From contig CAIOYH010000124.1 in the NCBI GenBank assembly GCA_903862465.1, forward strand, positions 1 through 61,795: a stretch of DNA of 61,795 nt. The letters are read 5' to 3'. A model generated the notes under the pieces. That model ran no database searches, was not told the DNA's origin, and saw only the letters and a list, made by a program, of their open reading frames with translations. How positions within the stretch are numbered: the first letter of the stretch is position 1; each line of letters starts with the position of its first letter. The stretch is from an uncultured bacterium. GTDB taxonomy: Bacteria > Bacteroidota > Bacteroidia > Bacteroidales > CAIWKO01. Below, piece by piece: positions 38,182 through 48,106 of this stretch. The position numbers and the translations under genes are program-made.

Positions 38182-38492
38182 TTTGCTGAATTTGACAAAG
38201 TGTGATAAGAAAGTTTTTCATGCTTCGTTGAATTTGACAAAGCGTAGAAATAAAGTTTTTCATGTTTCGTTGAATTTGACAATGAGTGAAAAAAAAAGTT
38301 TTTGCTGCTTTGCTAAATTTGACTAGTAGTGGTAAAAAAGTTTTTCATGTCTTGCTGAATTTGACAATGAGTGGTAAAAAGGTTTTTCATGCCTTGCTAG
38401 ATTTAACAATGAATGGTAAAAATGTATTTTATGCTTTGCTGAATTTGACAAGGTATAGAAAAAAAGTTTTTCATGCTTTGCTGAATTTAACA
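38182..38492. repeat. 42-bp tandem array (~7.5 units, TTGCTGAATTTGACAA..AAAAAGTTTTTCATGC)
   Basis: Eight (G)AATTTGACA-like cores at ~42-nt spacing. Confidence 0.92.
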
Positions 38493-38748
38493 GAAAATCG
38501 AATCCTGCGTTTAGCCCCCATTACAGAGTGGTCAGAATAAAATCAGTATCTTGCAAAAAAAATATTTATGAATATCTAAAAATATGTATCTTTGTAAAAA
38601 TATTTGATTCACTATGGCAAGCCTAGCAATTGGAGCTTGACGTAAAAGTTACAATAATAATTGAGGCTATCGCGCTACAGAATTGTTGGCGGCAATAGTG
38701 CATCGATAAAAGACAGAAAATAATTAATTAAACATAAAAACCTATATT

Positions 38749-39516
38749 ATGCCACTAATACCCATCTTTGGAATTCTCATCGTGATACTTTTTTCAGGAC
38801 TTCGTATTGCACAAGAATATCAACGTTCAATAGTTTTCAGGCTTGGACGTTTTAAATCCATAAAAGGACCCGGACTTTATTGGATTATCCCATTTATTGA
38901 AACTCAGCAACGGGTGGATATAAGAACAAAAACCGTTGACCTCGAGCAACAAGAAACTATTACGAAAGATAGTGTGACTATTAAAGTGAATGCTGTGTTA
39001 TGGTTTAAAATAACAAATCCTGAAGATGCAATTATAAAAGTGGCGGATTATAATAAAGCTGTTTATCAGTTTTCGGTAACTGCACTGCGAAATATTATTG
39101 GACAGCATACGCTTGACGAAGTTTTGCGAGAAAGAGAGCAAATCAACGGAACACTTCAAAGCATTGTTGACACTGCAACAGAACCATGGGGCATCAAAAT
39201 TGAAATGGTTGAAATGAAAGATGTGGAAATTCCGGAAGCCATGCAAAGAGCCATGGCTCGTGAAGCAGAAGCCATTAGAGAAAAGAGAGCTAGGATTGTT
39301 AAAGCGGAGGCGGAATTAGAAGCTTCAATAAAATTGACGCAAGGTGCAAAAGAAATGGAAGGTAGTCCGATTGCATTAGAGCTAAGACGTATGCAAATGT
39401 TATCTGAGATTGGAATTGATAATAATACGACTACCATAATTCTTGTTCCTTCAGAATTTGCAAATGCGGCAAAGAGTTTTACCGAACTTGTTTCTAAGAA
39501 AAAGGATGCTGAATAA
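38749..39516 (+). CDS. SPFH/stomatin (slipin) family membrane protein
   Basis: FRLGRF..KGPGL, ITKDSVTIKVNAV, AMAREAEAIREKRA motifs. Confidence 0.93.
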   Translation: MPLIPIFGILIVILFSGLRIAQEYQRSIVFRLGRFKSIKGPGLYWIIPFIETQQRVDIRTKTVDLEQQETITKDSVTIKVNAVLWFKITNPEDAIIKVADYNKAVYQFSVTALRNIIGQHTLDEVLREREQINGTLQSIVDTATEPWGIKIEMVEMKDVEIPEAMQRAMAREAEAIREKRARIVKAEAELEASIKLTQGAKEMEGSPIALELRRMQMLSEIGIDNNTTTIILVPSEFANAAKSFTELVSKKKDAE

Positions 39517-39705
39517 CTTGTGCTGCCAACATAATTCATTGGCAACTGGGGGAACTCACTCTGATGAGGTAATGCCTAAGTTGAAGATATTCATTTAGGC
39601 TTTGGTTAAAACATAGTATAATAAAGAACTTGTGCATAATTTGCGATTGCACACCTCCTCCTAATCAACATAATCAACCAAAACAATCCATTTTCAAAAG
39701 ATACC

Positions 39706-40863
39706 ATGACCGAGCATATAAAACTTTCGGAACTTCTCGACCAAATTCAAGACACTATACAATCGCGTTTTGATGGGGAAGTGTATTGGGTGGATGCTCA
39801 AATCACGAATGTGAAAAAATATGAGTCAACCCGGCGCTGCTACTTTACTTTAGAAGAATATGAAAACGGAACCAAGACAGCGGAAGCCCGAGGCGTTTTT
39901 TGGGCAAACTATTACGGTCAGATAGAAAACTTTGAACAAGTTACCAAACAAATCTTTCGCGACGGCATCAAAATTATCTGTCAAGTAAAAGTCAGATATC
40001 ATAAAGTTTACGGATTGAATTTTGATGTCATGAAGATAGATGTGGCGCATTCCATCGGGACTTTAGAGTTGGAAAGACAACAGACGCTTGAACGCCTATT
40101 GAAGGAAAACCCCAAAACGATACAGTTGTTCGACGGCGTTTACAAAACATTCAACAACCGCTTGCCCATTCCGCTTGTTATTAAAAGAATCGCTTTAATA
40201 ACAGCACCAAACTCCGACGGACAACGGGATTTTCAGCAAGAAACAAAACAGAACAAACATCAATACACGTTTTCGGTAAGTGAGTTTCTCACCACGATTC
40301 AAGGCGACAATGCCCACAAACTTATTTTGGAACAACTCAAACTGATTGAAATGAGCCAAGAACATTTTGATGTAGTGGCTATTGTTCGTGGCGGTGGTTC
40401 TCAAACAGATTTCAAACCCTTTGATGATTATGAACTTGCCAATTGTGTCGCTAACTTCCCGATTCCTATCTTCACAGGCATCGGTCACGACAGAAACCAA
40501 AGCATCGTTGACCTCATGGCAAGAGAACAAAAAACACCCACAAAAGTGGCGTCCCTTTTTGTTGAACGTAACTTTGAATTTGAGAACAAACTCATTGACT
40601 TGAAAACACATCTTTTTGATTTAGTCAATAAACAACTTGAGAACGCAAAAGAAAAACTGAATAATGCGAAACGCATCGTCAGACTCTCAAGTCCTCAAGC
40701 CATCCTCGACAGAGGTTTTGCCATCATCACCATCAACAACAAAATAGTTACTGACCCCAAAGACATAAAAGAAAACTCAGAGTTGCAAACGCTGTTAAGA
40801 AACGAAACAATTTATAGCACCGTAATAAAAAAGACAAACAATGAAAAAGGAAACGACCTATAG
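39706..40863 (+). CDS. xseA: Exodeoxyribonuclease VII large subunit (short form)
   Basis: N-terminal OB-fold, VRGGGS..D, TGIGHD, KTPT, LDRGFAI motifs. Confidence 0.9.
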   Translation: MTEHIKLSELLDQIQDTIQSRFDGEVYWVDAQITNVKKYESTRRCYFTLEEYENGTKTAEARGVFWANYYGQIENFEQVTKQIFRDGIKIICQVKVRYHKVYGLNFDVMKIDVAHSIGTLELERQQTLERLLKENPKTIQLFDGVYKTFNNRLPIPLVIKRIALITAPNSDGQRDFQQETKQNKHQYTFSVSEFLTTIQGDNAHKLILEQLKLIEMSQEHFDVVAIVRGGGSQTDFKPFDDYELANCVANFPIPIFTGIGHDRNQSIVDLMAREQKTPTKVASLFVERNFEFENKLIDLKTHLFDLVNKQLENAKEKLNNAKRIVRLSSPQAILDRGFAIITINNKIVTDPKDIKENSELQTLLRNETIYSTVIKKTNNEKGNDL

Positions 40864-41038
40864 CGAAGCATTTTCGCAGCTTGAAGAACTTGTTGACCAA
40901 TTGGATGACGGCAACATTCAATTGGAAGAACTTGCCACGAAAGTAAAACAAGCACACGAATTAATCGTCATCTGCGAAAGCAAACTTCGGAATATCGAAG
41001 GGGATATTAAAGATGTTACGAAACCCGATAATGTGTAA
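40841..41038 (+). CDS. xseB: Exodeoxyribonuclease VII small subunit
   Basis: YSEAFSQLEELV..L..G.I.LEEL....C..KL pattern; overlaps the xseA end. Confidence 0.9.
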   Translation: MKKETTYSEAFSQLEELVDQLDDGNIQLEELATKVKQAHELIVICESKLRNIEGDIKDVTKPDNV

Positions 41039-41062
41039 GGACATGCCATGGCATGTCCCTAC
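41035..41062. repeat. REP-like palindrome GTAAGGACATGCCATGGCATGTCCCTAC
   Basis: Near-perfect palindrome with GTA(G)/CTAC ends, typical of REP elements. Confidence 0.6.
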
Positions 41063-41084
41063 GATTCAAATTTAATAACAGCTT

Positions 41085-41110
41085 TGTAACTTTTTGAAAC
41101 TTGTAGCGTC
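41085..41110 (+). promoter_or_regulatory. Putative ECF-sigma promoter TGTAAC-N16-CGTC
   Basis: AAC/CGT elements with 16-nt spacing, ~30 nt upstream of ATG 41139. Confidence 0.45.
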
Positions 41111-41138
41111 ATATAAGCAAACAAAAAACAAAACATTC

Positions 41139-43502
41139 ATGAAAAGAATCACACTTGCGCTCATCACCCTCTCGCTATTTTTGACGACAACAGCATTTTC
41201 TCAAGACAAAATTCAAATTACAGGACAGATAAAAGACAATCAAACAAAAGATAATTTGGAGTTTTGTAACGTCAGCGTTATCAACCAAAAAGATAGCCTC
41301 ATCACCATTGCCGCAACCAACCAAAATGGCTTTTTCACCTTATCACTTGATGGTGGAGCCTATCGGATTATCATCAGTATGATAGGTTACAAAACTGATA
41401 CCACGAAATTGTTTGGAGTGTCGCAAGACAAGTTTATAGGCGTTTTTCAGTTGAAACCCACTGTTGTCAATCTTTCTGAGGTTTCTGTTTCTGAAAGTTC
41501 CAAGGAAATCAAAACCGACAGAGACGTGCAAATCGTTACCGAAAAGATGAAATATGGTGCCACCAACACTCAGGATGTATTGGATAAAGTATCGGGTGTG
41601 GATATAGATAGATACAGCAACACCCTCAAAGTGGATAATGATGCCAAGGTGATTATCTTGGTGGATGGCATTGAAAAAGACCAACAATATATTAAGAACT
41701 TGTCGCCCGACCGTTTAAAAAAGATTGAAGTGATACGCGACCCAGGTGGCAGATATGCTTTGGAAGGCTATTCAGCAGTCATCAATATCATCTTGAAAAA
41801 AGATTATCAGGGCACTGAAATCTATGTTGACGACGAATTCCTTGCTGATCCCGATGCCATCAAAACAGAATATATTCCTGTATCAAACAGTATTTCGGCA
41901 ACTATCAATTATGTGTATAACAAAGTGAATGTGTATGCAAAATATAACAACAATATCGCCAAATTCAACTTCAATACTATAGATAAAAAGGAATATTACA
42001 ACGGATTGGTGATTGAGCGCAATGCGATTTCCAACACCGATTATAACACCAAATTCAAGCAGCTTTACCATAACTACACCCTCGGAACCGATTATTACAT
42101 CAATCCGAAACACACCTTGAGTTTCGAGACCAATTTATCTATGCAGCCCAAGAAACAAAATGGAAGCAATGAATTGTATAATGTGGTGAGCAGTTTGAAT
42201 GACAACATCCTTTCGAGCGACACATCCTTGACCCAAAATAGATCAAATAATACCAACTTTTATGCGTCTTTGTTCTATGAAGGAAACCTAGACGACAAGA
42301 ATGTTATCAACTCCAATTTCACATTTTCGAATTACAACAACTCCTATACCAATGAGTTCTCGCAACATGCTTATAGTTTAATTGAATCGGGCAACGATCA
42401 TAAGAACGCCACGAAATTCTATCTTGAATATACACATACCTTCAAAAACAAATCTTCCTTACAAGTGGGTTATGGCAATACATGGGAAGGACTCAACAGC
42501 AATTTTACTACTGACTCCACAAGTAAATTCACATATACTGACGTTCGCCATAAGCTGTATTCCTACTACAATTGGCAAATTGCGAAACGTTTGGGCATTA
42601 AAATTGGAATTGCAGGCGAAACAAGCAACCCCAATTCAGATGGATTTAAACGTTCCTATTTCATCCTTCAACCCTATCTTGATGTAAAGATTGAAGCCTC
42701 AAAGAATTTGGTTTTCAAAGCGAAATACAGGTCAGCCACTGCCTATCCCGACATAAGTCAAACCAATCCTTATGTTACCTTTGTGGATATGCAAAGCGTA
42801 AGAACAGGTAATCCGAGCCTGAAACCCGAATTGGTGAACAAAGTTTCGCTGCAAACCACCATCATGCAAGGCTTGATAACCATTGAACCCTATTACCATT
42901 TCTCCAATAATTATATTTCTGAAGTGGGGACATTTCGCTCAGATAGTATCATTGAATATTCGACGAACAATGCAGGCAAATACAGGAATTGCGGTGTGGA
43001 GGGAAGCGTAACAATTCCATTCGGTAAGAATCTTTTTCTACAAACGAGTGTTGATTTGTATTTCAGCAGGATAAGGTATCTTGATAAAACCAACAAAATA
43101 AACGATTGGTCAACAAGCACTCAATTGATTTATCAAAATATAAAATCTAAGACGATGTTGGGAATGCAATATCAGAAAGCTAACCAAAAGTATATTACCG
43201 CACAAGGGTATAGATCAGGAAACAATGATTTTTGGGTAGTGTTTGTGCGTCAACCATTTTTCAAAGACAGACTTGCGGTGCAATTTGTTTACATCACTCC
43301 CATCACTTTAGGAGTAAGTTATAAACAAGAGAATTATATTAAAACAGATTATTATTCAGAGAGCAGATATAATCATATTGATATTTTGAAAAACATTATG
43401 ATACTCGAACTTTCTTATCGGTTCAACAAAGGAAAATCCGTAAATAAAAAAGAAAAAGAGATAGAAAAGATTAACGAAAAGGGTAATAAAGGGTTGTTCT
43501 AA
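41139..43502 (+). CDS. TonB-dependent receptor-like / outer membrane beta-barrel protein with N-terminal carboxypeptidase-regulatory-like domain
   Basis: Signal peptide from ATG 41139 (MKRITL), plug motifs (IEVIRDP..RY..EG...VINIILKK), GNPSLKPE, terminal LSYRF. Confidence 0.85.
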   Translation: MKRITLALITLSLFLTTTAFSQDKIQITGQIKDNQTKDNLEFCNVSVINQKDSLITIAATNQNGFFTLSLDGGAYRIIISMIGYKTDTTKLFGVSQDKFIGVFQLKPTVVNLSEVSVSESSKEIKTDRDVQIVTEKMKYGATNTQDVLDKVSGVDIDRYSNTLKVDNDAKVIILVDGIEKDQQYIKNLSPDRLKKIEVIRDPGGRYALEGYSAVINIILKKDYQGTEIYVDDEFLADPDAIKTEYIPVSNSISATINYVYNKVNVYAKYNNNIAKFNFNTIDKKEYYNGLVIERNAISNTDYNTKFKQLYHNYTLGTDYYINPKHTLSFETNLSMQPKKQNGSNELYNVVSSLNDNILSSDTSLTQNRSNNTNFYASLFYEGNLDDKNVINSNFTFSNYNNSYTNEFSQHAYSLIESGNDHKNATKFYLEYTHTFKNKSSLQVGYGNTWEGLNSNFTTDSTSKFTYTDVRHKLYSYYNWQIAKRLGIKIGIAGETSNPNSDGFKRSYFILQPYLDVKIEASKNLVFKAKYRSATAYPDISQTNPYVTFVDMQSVRTGNPSLKPELVNKVSLQTTIMQGLITIEPYYHFSNNYISEVGTFRSDSIIEYSTNNAGKYRNCGVEGSVTIPFGKNLFLQTSVDLYFSRIRYLDKTNKINDWSTSTQLIYQNIKSKTMLGMQYQKANQKYITAQGYRSGNNDFWVVFVRQPFFKDRLAVQFVYITPITLGVSYKQENYIKTDYYSESRYNHIDILKNIMILELSYRFNKGKSVNKKEKEIEKINEKGNKGLF

Positions 43503-43568
43503 AAAAGATAGTAGGATGGCATAGCATCTCTAATGCTGATCTTAATACTCCCCCCAACTACATATAGT

Positions 43569-44480
43569 TTAAACAATTAACCCCCCAATAAGTTCTTTAA
43601 CAGCCCTTATACGATGATTGTCGCAATATGCATCCAATTGATGAACTATCTTTTCGCTGATGGCAGGATCAATAAAGTTGGCAGTTCCCACTTGAATGGC
43701 GGTGGCTCCTGCTAAAAGGAATTCGACAGCATCAGTAAAATTCATGATGCCACCCAATCCAATTACGGGGATTTTAACCGCCTGACTTACTTGCCACACC
43801 ATGCGCAAAGCAATGGGTTTTACACAAGGACCCGAAAGTCCACCCGTGATGGTTGAAAGAATAGGGCGACGAGATTCGGCATCAATAGCCATACCTAACA
43901 CTGTATTGATGAGCGACACACTATCGGCTCCTTCGTCTTCAACGGCTTTAGCAATTTCGGATATACTCGTAACGTTAGGCGATAATTTTACGATAAGCGT
44001 TTTATGGTATGCCGCCCTAACTGCCTTGGTAACTTCGGTTGCCGAAGCACAAGAAGTGCCAAAAGCCATACCGCCTTGTTTCACATTGGGGCACGAAATA
44101 TTGAGTTCGATGGCAGGAATATGCTCCAAATCGTTGAGCTTTTCGACCACGGTGACGTAATCTTCAAGTTTGGAGCCCGAAACATTGACGATGATATGAG
44201 TGTTATAATGCTTGATGTTAGGATAAATATCGTTGATAAAAGCATCAACTCCTTTGTTTTGAAGTCCGACAGCATTCAACATACCCGCAGGGGTTTCAGC
44301 CATGCGGGGATAAGCATTCCCTTGGCGAGCTTCCAATGTGGTACCTTTCACAATGATGCCACCTAAGCTGTCGATGTTAAGAAAGTCTTCGAATTCGGGA
44401 CCATAACCAAAGGTTCCTGATGCCGTAAGAACAGGGTTCTTAAATTCGAGAGCCCCGATTTTTACTTTTAAATCTGCCAT
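43569..44480 (-). CDS. pyrD: Dihydroorotate dehydrogenase B, catalytic subunit
   Basis: [34 protein letters not shown] motifs. Confidence 0.96.
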   Translation of the reverse strand: MADLKVKIGALEFKNPVLTASGTFGYGPEFEDFLNIDSLGGIIVKGTTLEARQGNAYPRMAETPAGMLNAVGLQNKGVDAFINDIYPNIKHYNTHIIVNVSGSKLEDYVTVVEKLNDLEHIPAIELNISCPNVKQGGMAFGTSCASATEVTKAVRAAYHKTLIVKLSPNVTSISEIAKAVEDEGADSVSLINTVLGMAIDAESRRPILSTITGGLSGPCVKPIALRMVWQVSQAVKIPVIGLGGIMNFTDAVEFLLAGATAIQVGTANFIDPAISEKIVHQLDAYCDNHRIRAVKELIGGLIV

Positions 44481-45241
44481 TTTAGTTGATTTATATTAAA
44501 CACAGGACCTTCGGTGCAAACACATTTGTTGCCTTTGTCGGTTTCGGCAACGCAACACAAACAAGCACCTATGCCACATGCCATGGTATTTTCGAGAGAC
44601 ACTTCGCAATCCACCTGTTGTTGTTTGGCAATAGCAGCAAACACTTTCATCATGGGTAAAGGTCCACAACAATACAAACGCTGAAAACTACTCAATTTCT
44701 TCATGATGGAATTGTTGGTGATGAATCCTTTTTCACCCATAGAACCATCATCTGTGGAGATAAATACATCGCCATATTTCTTAAACTCTTTCGCTTCCAA
44801 AATATCAATCATCGTTCTTCCCCCTAACAAAATAGTCGCTTTTATGTGTTTCTGATGAAGATGACGAGCCAAATAAAGCATGGGTGCAATGCCACAGCCA
44901 CCCCCTGCTAAGATCACATTGGTAACGCCATCCATGTTAAACGTATTGCCTAAAGGATAAACCAAATTGACAGTTTCGTTTACTTTTAGCGTGGACAGGG
45001 TTTGTGTGCCTTGCCCAACAATTTTCACCAGCATATAAAGCACATTCTTGGCATAATCCACATCATGAATAGAAATGGGACGGCGCAGAAAAACATTGGG
45101 GTTGTTGTCAACTTTTATTTCGGCAAATTGCCCGGGCAACATCTCGGGAAGTGCATTTGAAGATGTCAAACCTAAAATAAAATAATCATCGCTGAGTCGT
45201 CGGTTTGAGCAGACAGTTAAATCATTAATGTATTTTTTCAT
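44468..45241 (-). CDS. pyrK: Dihydroorotate dehydrogenase electron transfer subunit
   Basis: [26 protein letters not shown]...VCTEGPVF. Confidence 0.95.
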   Translation of the reverse strand: MKKYINDLTVCSNRRLSDDYFILGLTSSNALPEMLPGQFAEIKVDNNPNVFLRRPISIHDVDYAKNVLYMLVKIVGQGTQTLSTLKVNETVNLVYPLGNTFNMDGVTNVILAGGGCGIAPMLYLARHLHQKHIKATILLGGRTMIDILEAKEFKKYGDVFISTDDGSMGEKGFITNNSIMKKLSSFQRLYCCGPLPMMKVFAAIAKQQQVDCEVSLENTMACGIGACLCCVAETDKGNKCVCTEGPVFNINQLKWQI

Positions 45242-45285
45242 CGTTTTTATGTAAAAAAAAAGTCCGTAAACGGACCTTCAATCTA

Positions 45286-45813
45286 TTATTCAGTTTCCTT
45301 TTTTGCTTTTACGGTTTTCTTTGGAGTGACTGATTTGGGCTTATCCTCCGATTTTTTAACCTTCTTCGGTTTATCTTTTACAATTTCGTCTTTCACTACA
45401 GCCCCATCTTCAACAACTTCTTCCGCTTCTGTGAAATCAAGCATGTTATTTTCTTGAAGTTGATTATACCAGTAAAAAACTTTTTTTATGTCGGAAGTAT
45501 AAACTTGTTCTTTATCATAAGACGGCAGCACTTGCTCGAAATAGGCACGAATTTTTTTATCATCCTCTTTATGACTAATAGCTTTACCCCCATTTTCCTT
45601 TTCAGCAATTAATTTAAAGACCTTGATCAAAGGAACATCATCTTCAATGGCATAGATACTAATATCCTTCATCTTACTAATTTTATCAGAAGGATAAATC
45701 GGAATTCTTTTTTTATCAATGAGCGATTCAACGATCATTCCTGTTTTGATAGTAGAAATTATTTTGTACAAACCGGGCTTGCCAGTAACGGACAGTATCT
45801 CTTTTAAATCCAT
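45286..45813 (-). CDS. Conserved Bacteroidota protein, DUF5606-like
   Basis: ILSVTGKPGLYK, DISIY, VYTSDIKK..WYN.L pattern; Lys/Glu-rich tail. Confidence 0.75.
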   Translation of the reverse strand: MDLKEILSVTGKPGLYKIISTIKTGMIVESLIDKKRIPIYPSDKISKMKDISIYAIEDDVPLIKVFKLIAEKENGGKAISHKEDDKKIRAYFEQVLPSYDKEQVYTSDIKKVFYWYNQLQENNMLDFTEAEEVVEDGAVVKDEIVKDKPKKVKKSEDKPKSVTPKKTVKAKKETE

Positions 45814-45944
45814 AATAGTTTTTGTTTTTTTGCAAAATTAAATATTATTCTTCACAATGCGTAAAAAAACTGAATAATTCATTTGTTAATGAAAAATTGG
45901 TGGGTGAATAAATTTCATTACATTTGTGGTATCATTCAAAATTT

Positions 45945-47375
45945 ATGACAAACAATCTACAAGAAAAACTATTTGCACTGTTTCACAAACATTATGTTGC
46001 CTATCCGCAGGAGATGACAGAATTGGCTGCATCGGGCTCTAACCGTAAGTATTACAGACTTCGACTTGGCGACAAAACTACTATTGCAGCCTTTAATAAT
46101 GACGAAAAAGAGAATCAGGCTTTCGTAAGTTTCACGCAGCAATTCGCAAAGGCAGGCTTGCCTGTTCCTATTATTTTAGAAGAAAATTTAGCAGAAGACA
46201 TTTATTTAATCAATGATTTGGGCGATGAAACTTTGTTTTCTTATTTGGAAACGCATAGGCAAGAGGGATTTTCGGAGAAACAAATGGACTTATATAAAAA
46301 TGTCTTGGGAGATTTGTTGCGTTTTCAATTTGACACCTTAAACACCTTTGATTACACAGCTTGTTATCCGCGAGAAAGTTTTGATAAGCAATCTATGATG
46401 TGGGATTTGAATTATTTTAAATATTACTTTCTGAAGCTTGCAGGCATTCATTTCGATGAGCAAAAATTGGAAGATGATTTTATCACTTTTTCTGATTATC
46501 TATTACAAACGGATTGCAATTATTTTCTATATCGGGATTTTCAATCACGAAACATCATGATTCATGAAAATAAGTTGTATTATATAGATTATCAGGGAGG
46601 AAGGAAGGGTGCATTGCAGTATGATGTTTCTTCATTGCTCTACGATGCGAAAGCAGATATCCCGCAGGAAACACGTGAAAAATTGCTTGATTATTATATA
46701 GATTTATTACAGCAAAAAACCCGAATCAATGCGGAAGATTTCCGAAAGTACTATTATGGCTACGTGTTAATACGGATTATGCAAGCCATGGGAACTTATG
46801 GATTTAGAGGGTTCTATGAAAACAAAACGCATTTCTTGAAAAGTATTCCCTTTGCAGTAGCTAATTTGAAGTGGATAGTGCAACATAGTGAATTACCTGT
46901 GGAACTTCCAACATTGAAGGATGTTTTTTATCAAATTATATCTTCTGAAAAGCTTAAAAAATTCGACACGGTTACCGCAGAAACCATTACTGTTTTTGTA
47001 AACAGTTTCTCTTTCAAGAAAGGATATCCTGTTGATTCAAGTGGAAATGGCGGTGGTTTTGTTTTTGATTGCCGTGCCTTGCCAAATCCTGGGCGATATG
47101 AAGCGTATAAAAGTTTGACAGGGAAAGATGAAGCCGTGAAAGTTTATTTGGAGCAATATCCCGAAATAGAAACATTTTTTGAGAGTAGTAGTAATTTGGC
47201 ATGTCAATCTGTTGAAAATTATATAGAACGTGGCTTTACGAGCTTGATGATTTCCTATGGTTGTACGGGTGGACAGCATCGTTCTGTTTATTTTGCTGAG
47301 CGTTTGGGACGGCATATTCGCGAAAAATATAATATTAAAGTAAAAGTAATCCATAAAGAACAAACAGGAATCTGA
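45945..47375 (+). CDS. Aminoglycoside-phosphotransferase-family sugar kinase (AmgK-like) fused to a RapZ C-terminal-like domain
   Basis: GSNRKYYR, YRDFQSRNIM, IDYQG kinase motifs; C-terminal FVFDCRALPNP, GCTGGQHRSV. ATG 45945 follows a TACATTTG promoter motif. Confidence 0.85.
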   Translation: MTNNLQEKLFALFHKHYVAYPQEMTELAASGSNRKYYRLRLGDKTTIAAFNNDEKENQAFVSFTQQFAKAGLPVPIILEENLAEDIYLINDLGDETLFSYLETHRQEGFSEKQMDLYKNVLGDLLRFQFDTLNTFDYTACYPRESFDKQSMMWDLNYFKYYFLKLAGIHFDEQKLEDDFITFSDYLLQTDCNYFLYRDFQSRNIMIHENKLYYIDYQGGRKGALQYDVSSLLYDAKADIPQETREKLLDYYIDLLQQKTRINAEDFRKYYYGYVLIRIMQAMGTYGFRGFYENKTHFLKSIPFAVANLKWIVQHSELPVELPTLKDVFYQIISSEKLKKFDTVTAETITVFVNSFSFKKGYPVDSSGNGGGFVFDCRALPNPGRYEAYKSLTGKDEAVKVYLEQYPEIETFFESSSNLACQSVENYIERGFTSLMISYGCTGGQHRSVYFAERLGRHIREKYNIKVKVIHKEQTGI

Positions 47376-48094
47376 TGAAAGCGATGATATTTGCAGCAGG
47401 CATGGGAACACGCCTCGGAACCTTGACCGAATATAAGCCAAAAGCTTTGGTGGAAGTGAACGGGAAACCCATGTTGGAACATGTGGTTGATTATTTAAAA
47501 AGTTATTGCATCACGAATATCATCATTAACGTGCATCACTTTGCGGATATGATAGTTGATTTTGTGGCACTCAAAAACAATTTCGACATCAATATCGCCT
47601 TCTCTTATGAAAGCAAAGAGCTGTTGGATACCGGTGGCGGACTTGTGGAAGCTTCATGGTTTTTTGACAAAAAGGAACCTTTTATTGTGCATAATGTGGA
47701 TATACTTTCGAAAACCAATCTTCAGGAAGTTATTTTTCAGCATAAAAAACAGGAAACTTTGGCAACTTTAGTGGTAAAAAATAGAGAAACGGCACGATAT
47801 ATCCTCATTGATTCAGCAGGGGAATTATGCGGATGGCGCAACAAAAAAACAGGTGAAGAAATCATTGTTAGAGAATCAGAAACCTTGTTCGAAGCTGCTT
47901 ACAGCGGCATACAAGTGGTGGATCCGAAGATATTTTCTCTGAATAAAATGCATGGAAAATTCTCGATTACGCCTATGTATTTAGAATTAGCAAAGGAACA
48001 TAGAATTTCAACCTATTTAGATAAAGATTTATGGTTCGATTTAGGGAAACCTGAGAGTATTGCCGAAGCTGAACGTGTTTTTTTCAATAAATAA
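47375..48094 (+). CDS. Sugar-phosphate nucleotidyltransferase (MurU-like)
   Basis: MKAMIFAAGMGTRL..LT...PKAL, LLDTGGG, HNVD, WFDLGKP; translationally coupled to the kinase. Confidence 0.88.
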   Translation: MKAMIFAAGMGTRLGTLTEYKPKALVEVNGKPMLEHVVDYLKSYCITNIIINVHHFADMIVDFVALKNNFDINIAFSYESKELLDTGGGLVEASWFFDKKEPFIVHNVDILSKTNLQEVIFQHKKQETLATLVVKNRETARYILIDSAGELCGWRNKKTGEEIIVRESETLFEAAYSGIQVVDPKIFSLNKMHGKFSITPMYLELAKEHRISTYLDKDLWFDLGKPESIAEAERVFFNK

Positions 48095-48106
48095 TATTTT
48101 ATCATT

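Noticed and set aside
38286-38540. 84-aa ORF of KKVFHALLNLT repeats as a real gene
   Set aside because: Entirely explained by the 42-bp array, and a 43-bp unit breaks the frame just upstream.
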